The notes under the pieces were generated by a model that did no database searches, was not told where the DNA came from, and saw only the letters and a list, made by a program, of their open reading frames with translations. From Erysipelotrichaceae bacterium MTC7 (lineage in GTDB: Bacteria; Bacillota_I; Bacilli_A; Erysipelotrichales; Erysipelotrichaceae), in contig LVZN01000045.1 of assembly GCA_001695645.1 (NCBI GenBank), positions 60,001-92,000 on the forward strand: a stretch of DNA of 32,000 nt. Direction: 5' to 3'. This document shows, in pieces, positions 20,007-27,642 of this stretch (position 1 is the stretch's first letter; every line of letters starts with the position of its first letter). Both the position numbers and the translations under genes were made by a program.

Positions 20007-21368
20007 TTATGCGTAAACACCTAAACGTTTTTTAATATCATCAATGACGTCTTTATAAATCCCTTTTTCTTTTAGATACCCTGTTATTTTATCATAAGAA
20101 GTCATAATTGTTGAATGGTCACGATTACCAAATTCAGATCCAATCTTTTTGAATGGAACATCTAAGAGTTCTCGAATCAGATAAATGGCAATATGACGTG
20201 CATTTGCAATATCTGCAGTTCTTGATTTCGATTCAATCTGTTTTAAGGTAATGTTGTAATAATTACAAACTTCTTTTTTGATTTTCTTAGGTGTTAATTC
20301 ATCGGTTTGTGAAATAATTGGGTTATCTTTAAACATATCAATTGTGAAATGTTCATCAATTACCTCAGGGTTGTGTAAGATTGCTTTAAATAATAGTTCA
20401 TTTAAAGCTCCTTCTAGTTTTCGAACATCTTCGTTAAAACGGTTAGCGATATAGAAGAGTGCATCATCCGTAATAATGATTTCGTTTGTTCTTCCTTCAA
20501 GTTTCTTTTGAAGGATCGAAACAGCTGTTTCAAATTCTGGAGATGTGATACTAACCGATAAACCTGAAGTAAAGCGTGAAATAATTCTTGCATTGATATT
20601 TTTTAACTCTGAAGGATACACGTCACTTGTTAAAATGATTTGTTTCCCACTATCCTTCAACTTATTATAGATATTAAAGAATAATTCCTGACTTTGGTTT
20701 GTTTTTGCTAAATGTTGAATATCATCGATTAACAAATAATCCAATTGACAGATACTTTCGATAAAGACATCCGACTTATTTTCTTTTAGTGATTTGATAA
20801 TTAAATTAATAAAATCATTTCCATCAATATAAAGATATTGAACATCTGGACGATTTTGTTTTAAATAATTGCAAATCGCATGTAATAAATGGGTTTTTCC
20901 CAATCCTGAATTTCCATAAATAAATAGTGGATTGTAAAAACTTTGTTCCCTCGAATACGCGCATCCATATGCAGCAGCATAGGATTGTTGGTTACTTTGT
21001 CCTTGAATAAAATTTTCAAATGTATAATTTTCTAAAATTTTATTTCCATTCTCAAAGACAAACGTTTCTTTTGGTTGTTCGCTTCTTTTTCTTGTCGATA
21101 ACTCTTTTTCTAATAAAACTTGAGCTGAAATTTGTTGATCAAGCTCAGTTGAAAGTAATTCATTAAAGACTTGAATGTTTTGTTCGAAGAACCGTTTAGT
21201 TGTGATAAATGGGACTTCAATGGTTGCAATTCCATCATGAATATCATAAAGAAGCGAATTTGAAACATATGAGTGGAAAACTGTCTGATCAAAGATCTTG
21301 TTTTCTTGGATATTATGTAAAATCTGATGCCAACATTGTTGATATGTACTTGTTTCAGACTCCATCAT
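20007..21368 (-). CDS. dnaA: Chromosomal replication initiator protein DnaA
   Basis: 453 aa. AAA+ (GNSGLGKTHLL, LLIDDIQ), C-terminal DnaA-box-binding HTH (IANARHIAIYLIRELL, GNRDHSTIM). Confidence 0.98.
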   Translation of the reverse strand: MMESETSTYQQCWHQILHNIQENKIFDQTVFHSYVSNSLLYDIHDGIATIEVPFITTKRFFEQNIQVFNELLSTELDQQISAQVLLEKELSTRKRSEQPKETFVFENGNKILENYTFENFIQGQSNQQSYAAAYGCAYSREQSFYNPLFIYGNSGLGKTHLLHAICNYLKQNRPDVQYLYIDGNDFINLIIKSLKENKSDVFIESICQLDYLLIDDIQHLAKTNQSQELFFNIYNKLKDSGKQIILTSDVYPSELKNINARIISRFTSGLSVSITSPEFETAVSILQKKLEGRTNEIIITDDALFYIANRFNEDVRKLEGALNELLFKAILHNPEVIDEHFTIDMFKDNPIISQTDELTPKKIKKEVCNYYNITLKQIESKSRTADIANARHIAIYLIRELLDVPFKKIGSEFGNRDHSTIMTSYDKITGYLKEKGIYKDVIDDIKKRLGVYA

Positions 21369-21456
21369 AAATATCTCCTTTCCTTATACAAATTTACATC
21401 TCATATATTACATGAATATATCCTAAAATACTACCTTGAAAAGGTAAAAAACACAG

Positions 21457-21736
21457 TTTTCCACATTCCGTTTAATTTCAAAAATCCTTTAAAATAGGTA
21501 ATTATTAGATGATATATAAGTTTTCCCCATCTTTTTGTGTGGAAAACTGTGGGAAAATCTTCTGTTGAAAACTAGGATGTGGAAAGTGTGGAAAAGAAAT
21601 ATGGAAAAAACACGTATGACAATATGTTTTCCTTACTTTTCCAAAGAACAAAATGGGCATAAATAAAAGTCTTTCAATTATTTTCCCCAGTTTTCCACCC
21701 TATGTGGAAAACTATGCTTTTTTAACGTTTGGAAAA
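21457..21736. other. oriC part 1: cluster of DnaA boxes upstream of dnaA, local consensus TTTTCCACA/TGTGGAAAA
   Basis: Exact 9-mers at 21457-21465 (TTTTCCACA), 21538-21546, 21587-21595 and 21703-21711 (TGTGGAAAA). One-mismatch copies at 21578-21586, 21681-21689 and 21691-21699; weaker ones at 21548-21556, 21599-21607, 21637-21645 and 21728-21736. Confidence 0.8.
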
Positions 21737-21836
21737 CGCATTAGAAACATATTTTTATTTATAAATTAAAAATAATCATTAGGAACCCATCTCATCTTAT
21801 ATATATAGAAAATCAAGCTATCATTTTTATTTTTTG

Positions 21837-21865
21837 TTGACTTGGATAAACGGCTGCGATATAAT
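21837..21865 (+). promoter_or_regulatory. Sigma-A-type promoter for rpmH
   Basis: TTGACT (21837-21842), a 17-nt spacer, then TATAAT (21860-21865). Confidence 0.65.
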
Positions 21866-21909
21866 CTAAAGGCAATGTTTATTAATATGTAGAAAAGGAG
21901 GTGTACTTG

Positions 21910-22044
21910 ATGAAAAGAACTTATCAACCAAATAAGAGAAAGCATCAAAAAACACACGGGTTTAGAGCTCGCATGAAAACACCTGGAGGACGTAACGTTC
22001 TAGCTAGAAGACGTAGTAAAGGTAGAAAAGTTTTATCAGCTTAG
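21910..22044 (+). CDS. rpmH: 50S ribosomal protein L34
   Basis: Hand translation gives [44 protein letters not shown] (44 aa), the canonical L34 sequence. RBS is AAAGGAGGTG. The gene is below the ORF-track length cutoff. Confidence 0.97.
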   Translation: MKRTYQPNKRKHQKTHGFRARMKTPGGRNVLARRRSKGRKVLSA

Positions 22045-22089
22045 TTACTTGTAAGTAAATGATAAAATAGAGTTTAATAACAACGCTTT

Positions 22090-22124
22090 AAAAATATCTC
22101 GTCTTGGCGAGATATTTTTATTTT
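22090..22124 (+). terminator. Hairpin plus T-run between rpmH and rnpA
   Basis: AAATATCTCG-TCTTGG-CGAGATATTT followed by TTATTTT. Confidence 0.6.
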
Positions 22125-22137
22125 AAGAGGAACGTAT

Positions 22138-22470
22138 ATGAAAAAAGAATACAGGATCAAAAAAGCTGATGAATTTACGGAAATCATCAAAAATAAACAG
22201 TTCTATAAGACCAAGGGAATCATCTTGTATGTACGTAAGCGTAAAGAAGATGTTCCTCGCGTTGGAATTACTGTGAAAAAGAAGCTTGGAAATGCAGTTG
22301 TACGAAATAAAGTGAAACGTCAAATTCGTATGATGGTACAAGAAATTTACACTTTTGATGAAGAATTTGATTCAATTCTTCTTATAAAGGAAGATTATCT
22401 AAATTATGACTATAAAAACAACAAAAATAACTTGGAAAGATTAGTAAAACAAGTTAGAATTAAAAGGTAA
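22138..22470 (+). CDS. rnpA: Ribonuclease P protein component
   Basis: 110 aa, basic, with the RNR-like motif (GNAVVRNKVKRQIR). Canonical position after rpmH. Confidence 0.93.
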   Translation: MKKEYRIKKADEFTEIIKNKQFYKTKGIILYVRKRKEDVPRVGITVKKKLGNAVVRNKVKRQIRMMVQEIYTFDEEFDSILLIKEDYLNYDYKNNKNNLERLVKQVRIKR

Positions 22471-22495
22471 CATTTTTAGAAATGGAGTAAAAAGA

Positions 22496-23386
22496 ATGAA
22501 CATGATAAAAAAGTATATAAAAGATCATAAGAAGTTGATTATCTTCTCATTGTTCTTAATTGTTTTTGTTGCTGGGTGTAGTTCCCCACGTAACTCGGAT
22601 GGAACTGTTGATAAATCACAATTGATTTATTTAAGTACACCATATCTCAAGAGTATTGGAGATGGATGGTTTAATATCTTTGTTTGGCCAATGGCACAAA
22701 TGATTAACTGGGTAGCAACATTCTCAGATGCAGGGATTGGGATTATCGTTACAACAATTTTAGTTAACGTAATTACTGCTTCATTCACAATCAAACAACA
22801 AGCACAAAGTCAAAAAATGCAAATGATTCAAGGTGAACAAGCGAAAATTCAAGCGAAATACGAAGGTAAAACGGATCAAGCAAGTAAACTTCGTCAAAGC
22901 CAAGAACTTCAAATGCTATACAAAAAACACGATATCAACCCAATGGGTTCAATCGTAACATTATTTATTCAATTGCCAATTATGATTGGAATTTACCAAG
23001 CGTGTATGAAAGCCGCTTCTGTTTATTCAGGAACTTTCTTTGGTGTTGACTTAACAATGACACCAAAAGCTGCCATTGGTGAAATGGAAATTCCAGTTAT
23101 TGTAATTTTCTTATTAATGGCAGTGATGCAATTTGTATCATTTAAAATTCCACAAATTCTAGCAAAACGTCGTAACGAGAAAAATAGAAAAGTTAAAAAA
23201 TATGCACAACCTGAAAACAAAGGTATGATGGCAGGAAACATGAACATGATGATGTATGTTTCTGTAGCGATGATGGTCTTCTTAGGATTTGGTTGGCCAC
23301 TAGGGATGACATTCTACTTATTAGTAAGTTCATGTGTACGTGTTGTCCAAAATATTATTATCGATAGATACTTTATTAAAGACTAG
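22496..23386 (+). CDS. yidC: Membrane protein insertase YidC (lipoprotein type, SpoIIIJ/YqjG-like)
   Basis: 296 aa. Lipobox LIVFVAGCSS, 60-kDa inner-membrane protein core, basic C-terminal region. Confidence 0.92.
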   Translation: MNMIKKYIKDHKKLIIFSLFLIVFVAGCSSPRNSDGTVDKSQLIYLSTPYLKSIGDGWFNIFVWPMAQMINWVATFSDAGIGIIVTTILVNVITASFTIKQQAQSQKMQMIQGEQAKIQAKYEGKTDQASKLRQSQELQMLYKKHDINPMGSIVTLFIQLPIMIGIYQACMKAASVYSGTFFGVDLTMTPKAAIGEMEIPVIVIFLLMAVMQFVSFKIPQILAKRRNEKNRKVKKYAQPENKGMMAGNMNMMMYVSVAMMVFLGFGWPLGMTFYLLVSSCVRVVQNIIIDRYFIKD

Positions 23387-23394
23387 GTGGTATT

Positions 23395-24006
23395 ATGAAA
23401 ACATATACAGGAAAATCAATTGAAGAAATCTTAGAAACCATTGCAACTCAAGAAGATGTTGATGTCGAAGATATTACATATAACATCGTTGAAGAAAAAG
23501 CAGGATTCCTAGGAGTCGGAAAAGAAATTACAGTTGAAGCATTTACAAAACGTGATATCTTAGATTTTGTTTATGATTATATCCTTCAATTCTTTGATAA
23601 CATGGACATGGAAATCGAATTGAATGTTGAAGAAGAAGATGATAACTTCTACAAAGCTACAATCAATGCTGCAAACAATGCAATTTTAATTGGAAAAAAT
23701 GGTCAAACATTACAAGCAATTAATACAGTCCTAAAAGCAGCTGTATCTGGAACATTTAAAAAACGTATTTCCACATTAGTTGATATCAACGGTTATAAAG
23801 ATGACCGTTACCGTAAAGTTGTTTCTATTGCAACACGTGTTGCAAAAACCGTACAACAAACAAAAACAGATGCTGTTTTGGATCCAATGCCAAATGATGA
23901 AAGAAAAGCAATTCACAATCATTTGCAAACATTTGATCATATAACAACTGTATCTGAAGGTGATGGAAATCAACGCCGATTAAAAATTTGTTATAGTGAA
24001 GACTAA
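23395..24006 (+). CDS. khpB: Jag/KhpB RNA-binding protein (Jag_N, KH and R3H domains)
   Basis: 203 aa. KH-like GKNGQTLQAIN, R3H-like ERKAIHNHL...SEGDGNQRRL. Canonical position after yidC. Confidence 0.9.
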   Translation: MKTYTGKSIEEILETIATQEDVDVEDITYNIVEEKAGFLGVGKEITVEAFTKRDILDFVYDYILQFFDNMDMEIELNVEEEDDNFYKATINAANNAILIGKNGQTLQAINTVLKAAVSGTFKKRISTLVDINGYKDDRYRKVVSIATRVAKTVQQTKTDAVLDPMPNDERKAIHNHLQTFDHITTVSEGDGNQRRLKICYSED

Positions 24007-24028
24007 ACACTCGAAAGGGTGTTTTTTT
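24007..24028 (+). terminator. Rho-independent terminator after jag
   Basis: ACACTC-GAAA-GGGTGT followed by TTTTTT. Confidence 0.6.
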
Positions 24029-24040
24029 ATGATTTTCATA

Positions 24041-24062
24041 AAAAAATGGCAACTGCCATTTT
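24041..24062 (-). terminator. Terminator after the C-S lyase gene (overlaps its stop codon)
   Basis: Minus strand reads AAATGGC-AGTT-GCCATTT followed by TTTTTAT. Confidence 0.5.
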
Positions 24063-25224
24063 AGTATGTTTGATCAATCTTTTGAAGGATGGATACAACT
24101 TTTTTAATTGTTTCTTTCGTAGTTCCTATGTTGAAACGGAAGAAATCTTTACCTAGTTTGCCAAATTGAAGTCCCATTTGCATACCAAGATGATGTTGAA
24201 TTAATATGTCTTTCATTTCATCACTTGTTTTATTGAATTTTTCAAAATTCACCCATAACAGATAAGTTCCTTCGTTGACATAAACATCAAATTTCGTATC
24301 TTTTAAACCATTGGCAACAATTTCATAATTATGCTGCAAGTATGTATTAAGTTCTTTTACCCAATACGCACCACTTTCATAAGCAGCCTGCATTGCTGTC
24401 AAACCAAAAACGTTAACATGACTACCTCCAACAAAATCTAGTTTTTGCATAAATCCTTCTTTACTTTCTTTGGTTGGAAGTACTGCATAACTGATTTGAA
24501 TTCCAGCAAGATTGAAAATTTTAGTTGGGGCAGCTAACGTATAAATGTGTTCCTTATAAGAACCAGCGACTTTCGCAATCGGAGTATAGCTAAATCCAGG
24601 AAATACCAAATCCTTATGGATATCATCACTGATAATTTCAACTTGATGACGTTGACAAATATCAACCAGTCTGACTAATTCAGCTTCTTGCCATACACGA
24701 CCATCAGGGTTGTGTGGATTACAAAGAATAAAGACTTTCGGTTTATGTTCCTTAATTTTTGTCTCAAAATCATCAAAGTCTATTTCATAACGTGATGCAT
24801 TTGCTTTTAAATAAGAGAAAACTGGTTTTCGATCTAAGCTTTCACTCATTTTGAAAAAAGGTGTATAAACAGGATTGAACATAATAATTGAATCCTGAGG
24901 TTGGGTAAGTAGTAAGATTAATGCTTTTAAAGAAGCAAGGACATTGGTTGAGAGTACAAGTGCTTCTTGTTTGATTTCCCAGTCATGATGGCGTGTATTC
25001 CAATTGATAATGGATGCATAGTTTCTATCGCTAGCAAGTGCATAGCCAAAGACACCGTGACGCGCTCTTTCAATTAAAGCATCTAATACTTCAGGAGGAC
25101 TTTGAAAATCCATGTCAGCGACCCATAAAGGGATGACATCCTCTGTACAAAATACCGTTTTACGATTGTCCCATTTCATACTGTTTGTGTTTTCACGTTT
25201 AATTTCTTGATCAAATCGACTCAT
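24061..25224 (-). CDS. MalY/PatB-type PLP-dependent C-S lyase (cystathionine beta-lyase-like aminotransferase class I/II)
   Basis: Start moved to ATG 25224 (MSRFDQEIKRENTNSMKWD), preceded by AAACGAGGTGA. Signatures: SMKWD, LWVADMDF, NPHNP, and the PLP-lysine region APTKIFNLAG. Confidence 0.85.
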   Translation of the reverse strand: MSRFDQEIKRENTNSMKWDNRKTVFCTEDVIPLWVADMDFQSPPEVLDALIERARHGVFGYALASDRNYASIINWNTRHHDWEIKQEALVLSTNVLASLKALILLLTQPQDSIIMFNPVYTPFFKMSESLDRKPVFSYLKANASRYEIDFDDFETKIKEHKPKVFILCNPHNPDGRVWQEAELVRLVDICQRHQVEIISDDIHKDLVFPGFSYTPIAKVAGSYKEHIYTLAAPTKIFNLAGIQISYAVLPTKESKEGFMQKLDFVGGSHVNVFGLTAMQAAYESGAYWVKELNTYLQHNYEIVANGLKDTKFDVYVNEGTYLLWVNFEKFNKTSDEMKDILIQHHLGMQMGLQFGKLGKDFFRFNIGTTKETIKKVVSILQKIDQTY

Positions 25225-25280
25225 ATAATCACCTCGTTTCTTCATTGTAGTATGAAAGTGAGGGAAAGTAAAATGAAGTA

Positions 25281-25296
25281 ACCTGTACGGTTAGGT
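25281..25296. promoter_or_regulatory. Operator-like half-degenerate copy of the tre operator (ACCTGTACGGTTAGGT) in the divergent lyase/treR promoter region
   Basis: It shares CCTGTACGG with the two perfect copies at 26105 and 26141, and lies immediately upstream of the putative treR -35. Confidence 0.45.
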
Positions 25297-25332
25297 GTTT
25301 ATTTATGTCTACTTTTCCGTTACAATATAGAT

Positions 25333-26040
25333 ATGACTAAATACCAAAGAATCTATCAAGATTTACTTGATAAAATTAAAACAAAAACATATGAAAAAGG
25401 AACCTATCTGCCAAGTGAAAACGAGTTGATGAAAGCGTATGGTTCTTCACGTGATACCATTCGTAAAGCGTTGCAGTTGCTATTGCAAAACGGTTATATT
25501 CAAAAAGTGGTGGGCAAGGGATCAATTGTCTTGGACAGCGAACGAATTGCATTTCCAGTATCTGGGATTTCCAGTTTTAAAGAATTAAAAAGTACGATGG
25601 ACGGTGATATAGAAACAATCGTAGAAGAGTTTAATGTAATACCAGCGGATAAAGACTTAAAAGATGAGTTGTATATGGAAGATGGAGATGTCTATGTGAT
25701 TGAGCGAATTCGGTCCATCAATGGGGAACGTATCATCCTAGACCGCGATTACTTGAATGGAAATGTTATTCAAGGTTTGACGATTGATCACGCAAAAGAT
25801 TCCATTTATGAATATATTGAAAATGAATTGAAATTAAATATAAGCTTTTCACGTAAAGAAATCACGGTCATTCCGGCGACGAAACACGATCGCGAAGTAC
25901 TGGATATGTTGGATTATGATTTACTGGTTTGTGTAAAATCATATTCGTATTTAGAAGACGCAACATTATTTGAATACACGATTTCAAAGCACCGACCTGA
26001 CAAATTCAGATTTGTTGATTTTGCACGTAGAACACAGTAG
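25333..26040 (+). CDS. treR: GntR/HutC-family transcriptional repressor with UTRA domain (trehalose operon repressor-like)
   Basis: 235 aa. GntR wHTH (LPSENELMKAYGSSRDTIRKALQLL) plus UTRA effector domain, adjacent to the PTS EIIBC and GH13 genes. Sugar specificity is inferred from context. Confidence 0.8.
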   Translation: MTKYQRIYQDLLDKIKTKTYEKGTYLPSENELMKAYGSSRDTIRKALQLLLQNGYIQKVVGKGSIVLDSERIAFPVSGISSFKELKSTMDGDIETIVEEFNVIPADKDLKDELYMEDGDVYVIERIRSINGERIILDRDYLNGNVIQGLTIDHAKDSIYEYIENELKLNISFSRKEITVIPATKHDREVLDMLDYDLLVCVKSYSYLEDATLFEYTISKHRPDKFRFVDFARRTQ

Positions 26041-26046
26041 TTATAG

Positions 26047-26077
26047 ATACCTAGTAGGATGCTGGGTATTTTTTTTA
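26047..26077 (+). terminator. Rho-independent terminator after treR
   Basis: ATACCTAG-loop-CTGGGTAT followed by TTTTTTT. Confidence 0.6.
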
Positions 26078-26096
26078 TAAAAAGTAAAATAAATGA

Positions 26097-26154
26097 TTGA
26101 CATACCTGTACGGACAGGCTATATTGAAGATAGAAATAAGCCTGTACGGACAGG
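26097..26154 (+). promoter_or_regulatory. PTS operon promoter with two identical operators
   Basis: TTGACA (26097-26102), a 17-nt spacer, then TATATT (26120-26125). CCTGTACGGACAGG occurs at 26105-26118 (inside the spacer) and again at 26141-26154 (just downstream of the predicted start site). It is an inverted repeat (CCTGT/ACAGG) of the GntR-type GT...AC class. Confidence 0.65.
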
Positions 26155-26173
26155 TTGAAAGGATGAAGAATGT

Positions 26174-27628
26174 ATGAAGGATTTTACGAAGGATGCAACA
26201 TCACTATTAGAACTCGTTGGTGGTAAAGAAAACATCAAAGCGGTCACGCACTGTGTGACAAGAATGCGTTTTGTTTTAGTTGATGAAAGTAAGGCAAACA
26301 TAAAAGATATTGAAGCTTTACCATCAGTGAAAGGAACATTTACGCAAGCCGGTCAATTCCAAGTAATTATTGGAAACGACGTTAGTGAGTTTTACAAAGA
26401 CTTTGCAAAAGTAAGCGGGATTGAGGGTGTAGATAAAAATGCTGCAAAAGAAGTTGCAAAGGATAACTAAAGCACACTACAGAGATTTATGAGCAATATC
26501 GCCGAAATATTCGCTCCGTTAATTCCCGCACTAGTTTGTGGAGGGTTAATTCTAGGATTTAGAAACGTAATTGGAGATATTCAGTTTGGTGGACAAACCA
26601 TTGTTGAAGGTAGTCAATTCTGGGCTGGTGTTCATAGTTTTCTTTGGTTAATTGGAGAAGCTATTTTCCACTTCTTACCAGTTGGTATTACATGGTCAAT
26701 TACAAAGAAAATGGGAACTACACAAATTCTAGGAATTGTGTTAGGAATTTGTTTGGTATCCCCACAACTATTAAATGCATACGGAGTAAGTGGAGCAACA
26801 GAAATTCCATTCTGGGACTTTGGTTTTGCAAAAATTGATATGATTGGATATCAAGCACAAGTAATTCCAGCAATCTTAGCAGGATTTACATTGGTATACT
26901 TAGAAAAAATGTGGAAGAAAGTCATTCCAAGTGTGATTCAATTGGTATTGGTACCATTTTTAACACTTGTTCCTGCAGTTTTAATTGCACACGTTGTGCT
27001 TGGACCAATTGGTTGGGCAATGGGTGATGCAATTAGTCATGTAGTTTATACAGGATTGACTTCACAATTTGGGTGGTTATTTGCCGGTGTCTTTGGTTTC
27101 TTATACGCACCATTAGTTATCACAGGTTTACACCACATGACCAATGCGATTGATTTACAACTAATGGACAAATACAGTGGAACGATTTTGTGGCCAATGA
27201 TCGCATTATCAAACATTGCACAAGGTTCAGCAGTACTAGCGATGGTTTTCTTACAACGTAAAAATGAAGCAGCGCAACAAGTTGCAATTCCATCAATGAT
27301 TTCATGTTACTTAGGAGTTACAGAACCAGCGATGTTTGGTGTGAATATTAAACACGGTTTCCCATTTATTTCTGCCATGATTGGTTCAAGTATTGCTGCA
27401 ATGTTATCCGTTGGAACGGGTGTTATGGCAAACTCAATTGGAGTTGGAGGAATTCCAGGATTCTTAGCAATTCAAGTACAACACTGGCCAATGTTCTTTG
27501 TTTGCATGGCAGTCGCAATTGTTGTTCCATTTGGGTTAACCTATGTCATTGGACTGAAACGATTACCTCAAAGCGAACGTGTTAACAACGCAAAAGTAGA
27601 TTTAGAAGAAATCGCAGAATTAGCATAA
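26174..27628 (+). pseudogene. treB: PTS trehalose/alpha-glucoside-family EIIBC, interrupted by one in-frame TAA in the B-C linker
   Basis: The ORF pieces are EIIB 26174-26470 and EIIC 26489-27628. EIIB (98 aa) has the active-site Cys context ATHCVTRMRF. EIIC (379 aa) is in the same reading frame; only TAA at 26468-26470 intervenes (KDN*STLQRFMSNIAEIFAPLIPA). Single-chain homologues read through this linker (B. subtilis TreP ...NPLQRAVKTLADIFIPILPA). There is no convincing RBS before ATG 26489. Confidence 0.7.
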
Positions 27629-27642
27629 GGAATGGAGGATGT

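Noticed and set aside
19978-21451. The 11-mer AAAAGGTAAAA recurring next to DnaA boxes at about 19981 and about 21440
   Set aside because: There are only two copies in very AT-rich DNA. This is plausibly chance, and I cannot assign significance without genome-wide counts.
21766-21957. Minus-strand 63-aa ORF overlapping the rpmH promoter and start
   Set aside because: The region is explained by the rpmH promoter, RBS and the canonical L34 coding sequence on the plus strand.
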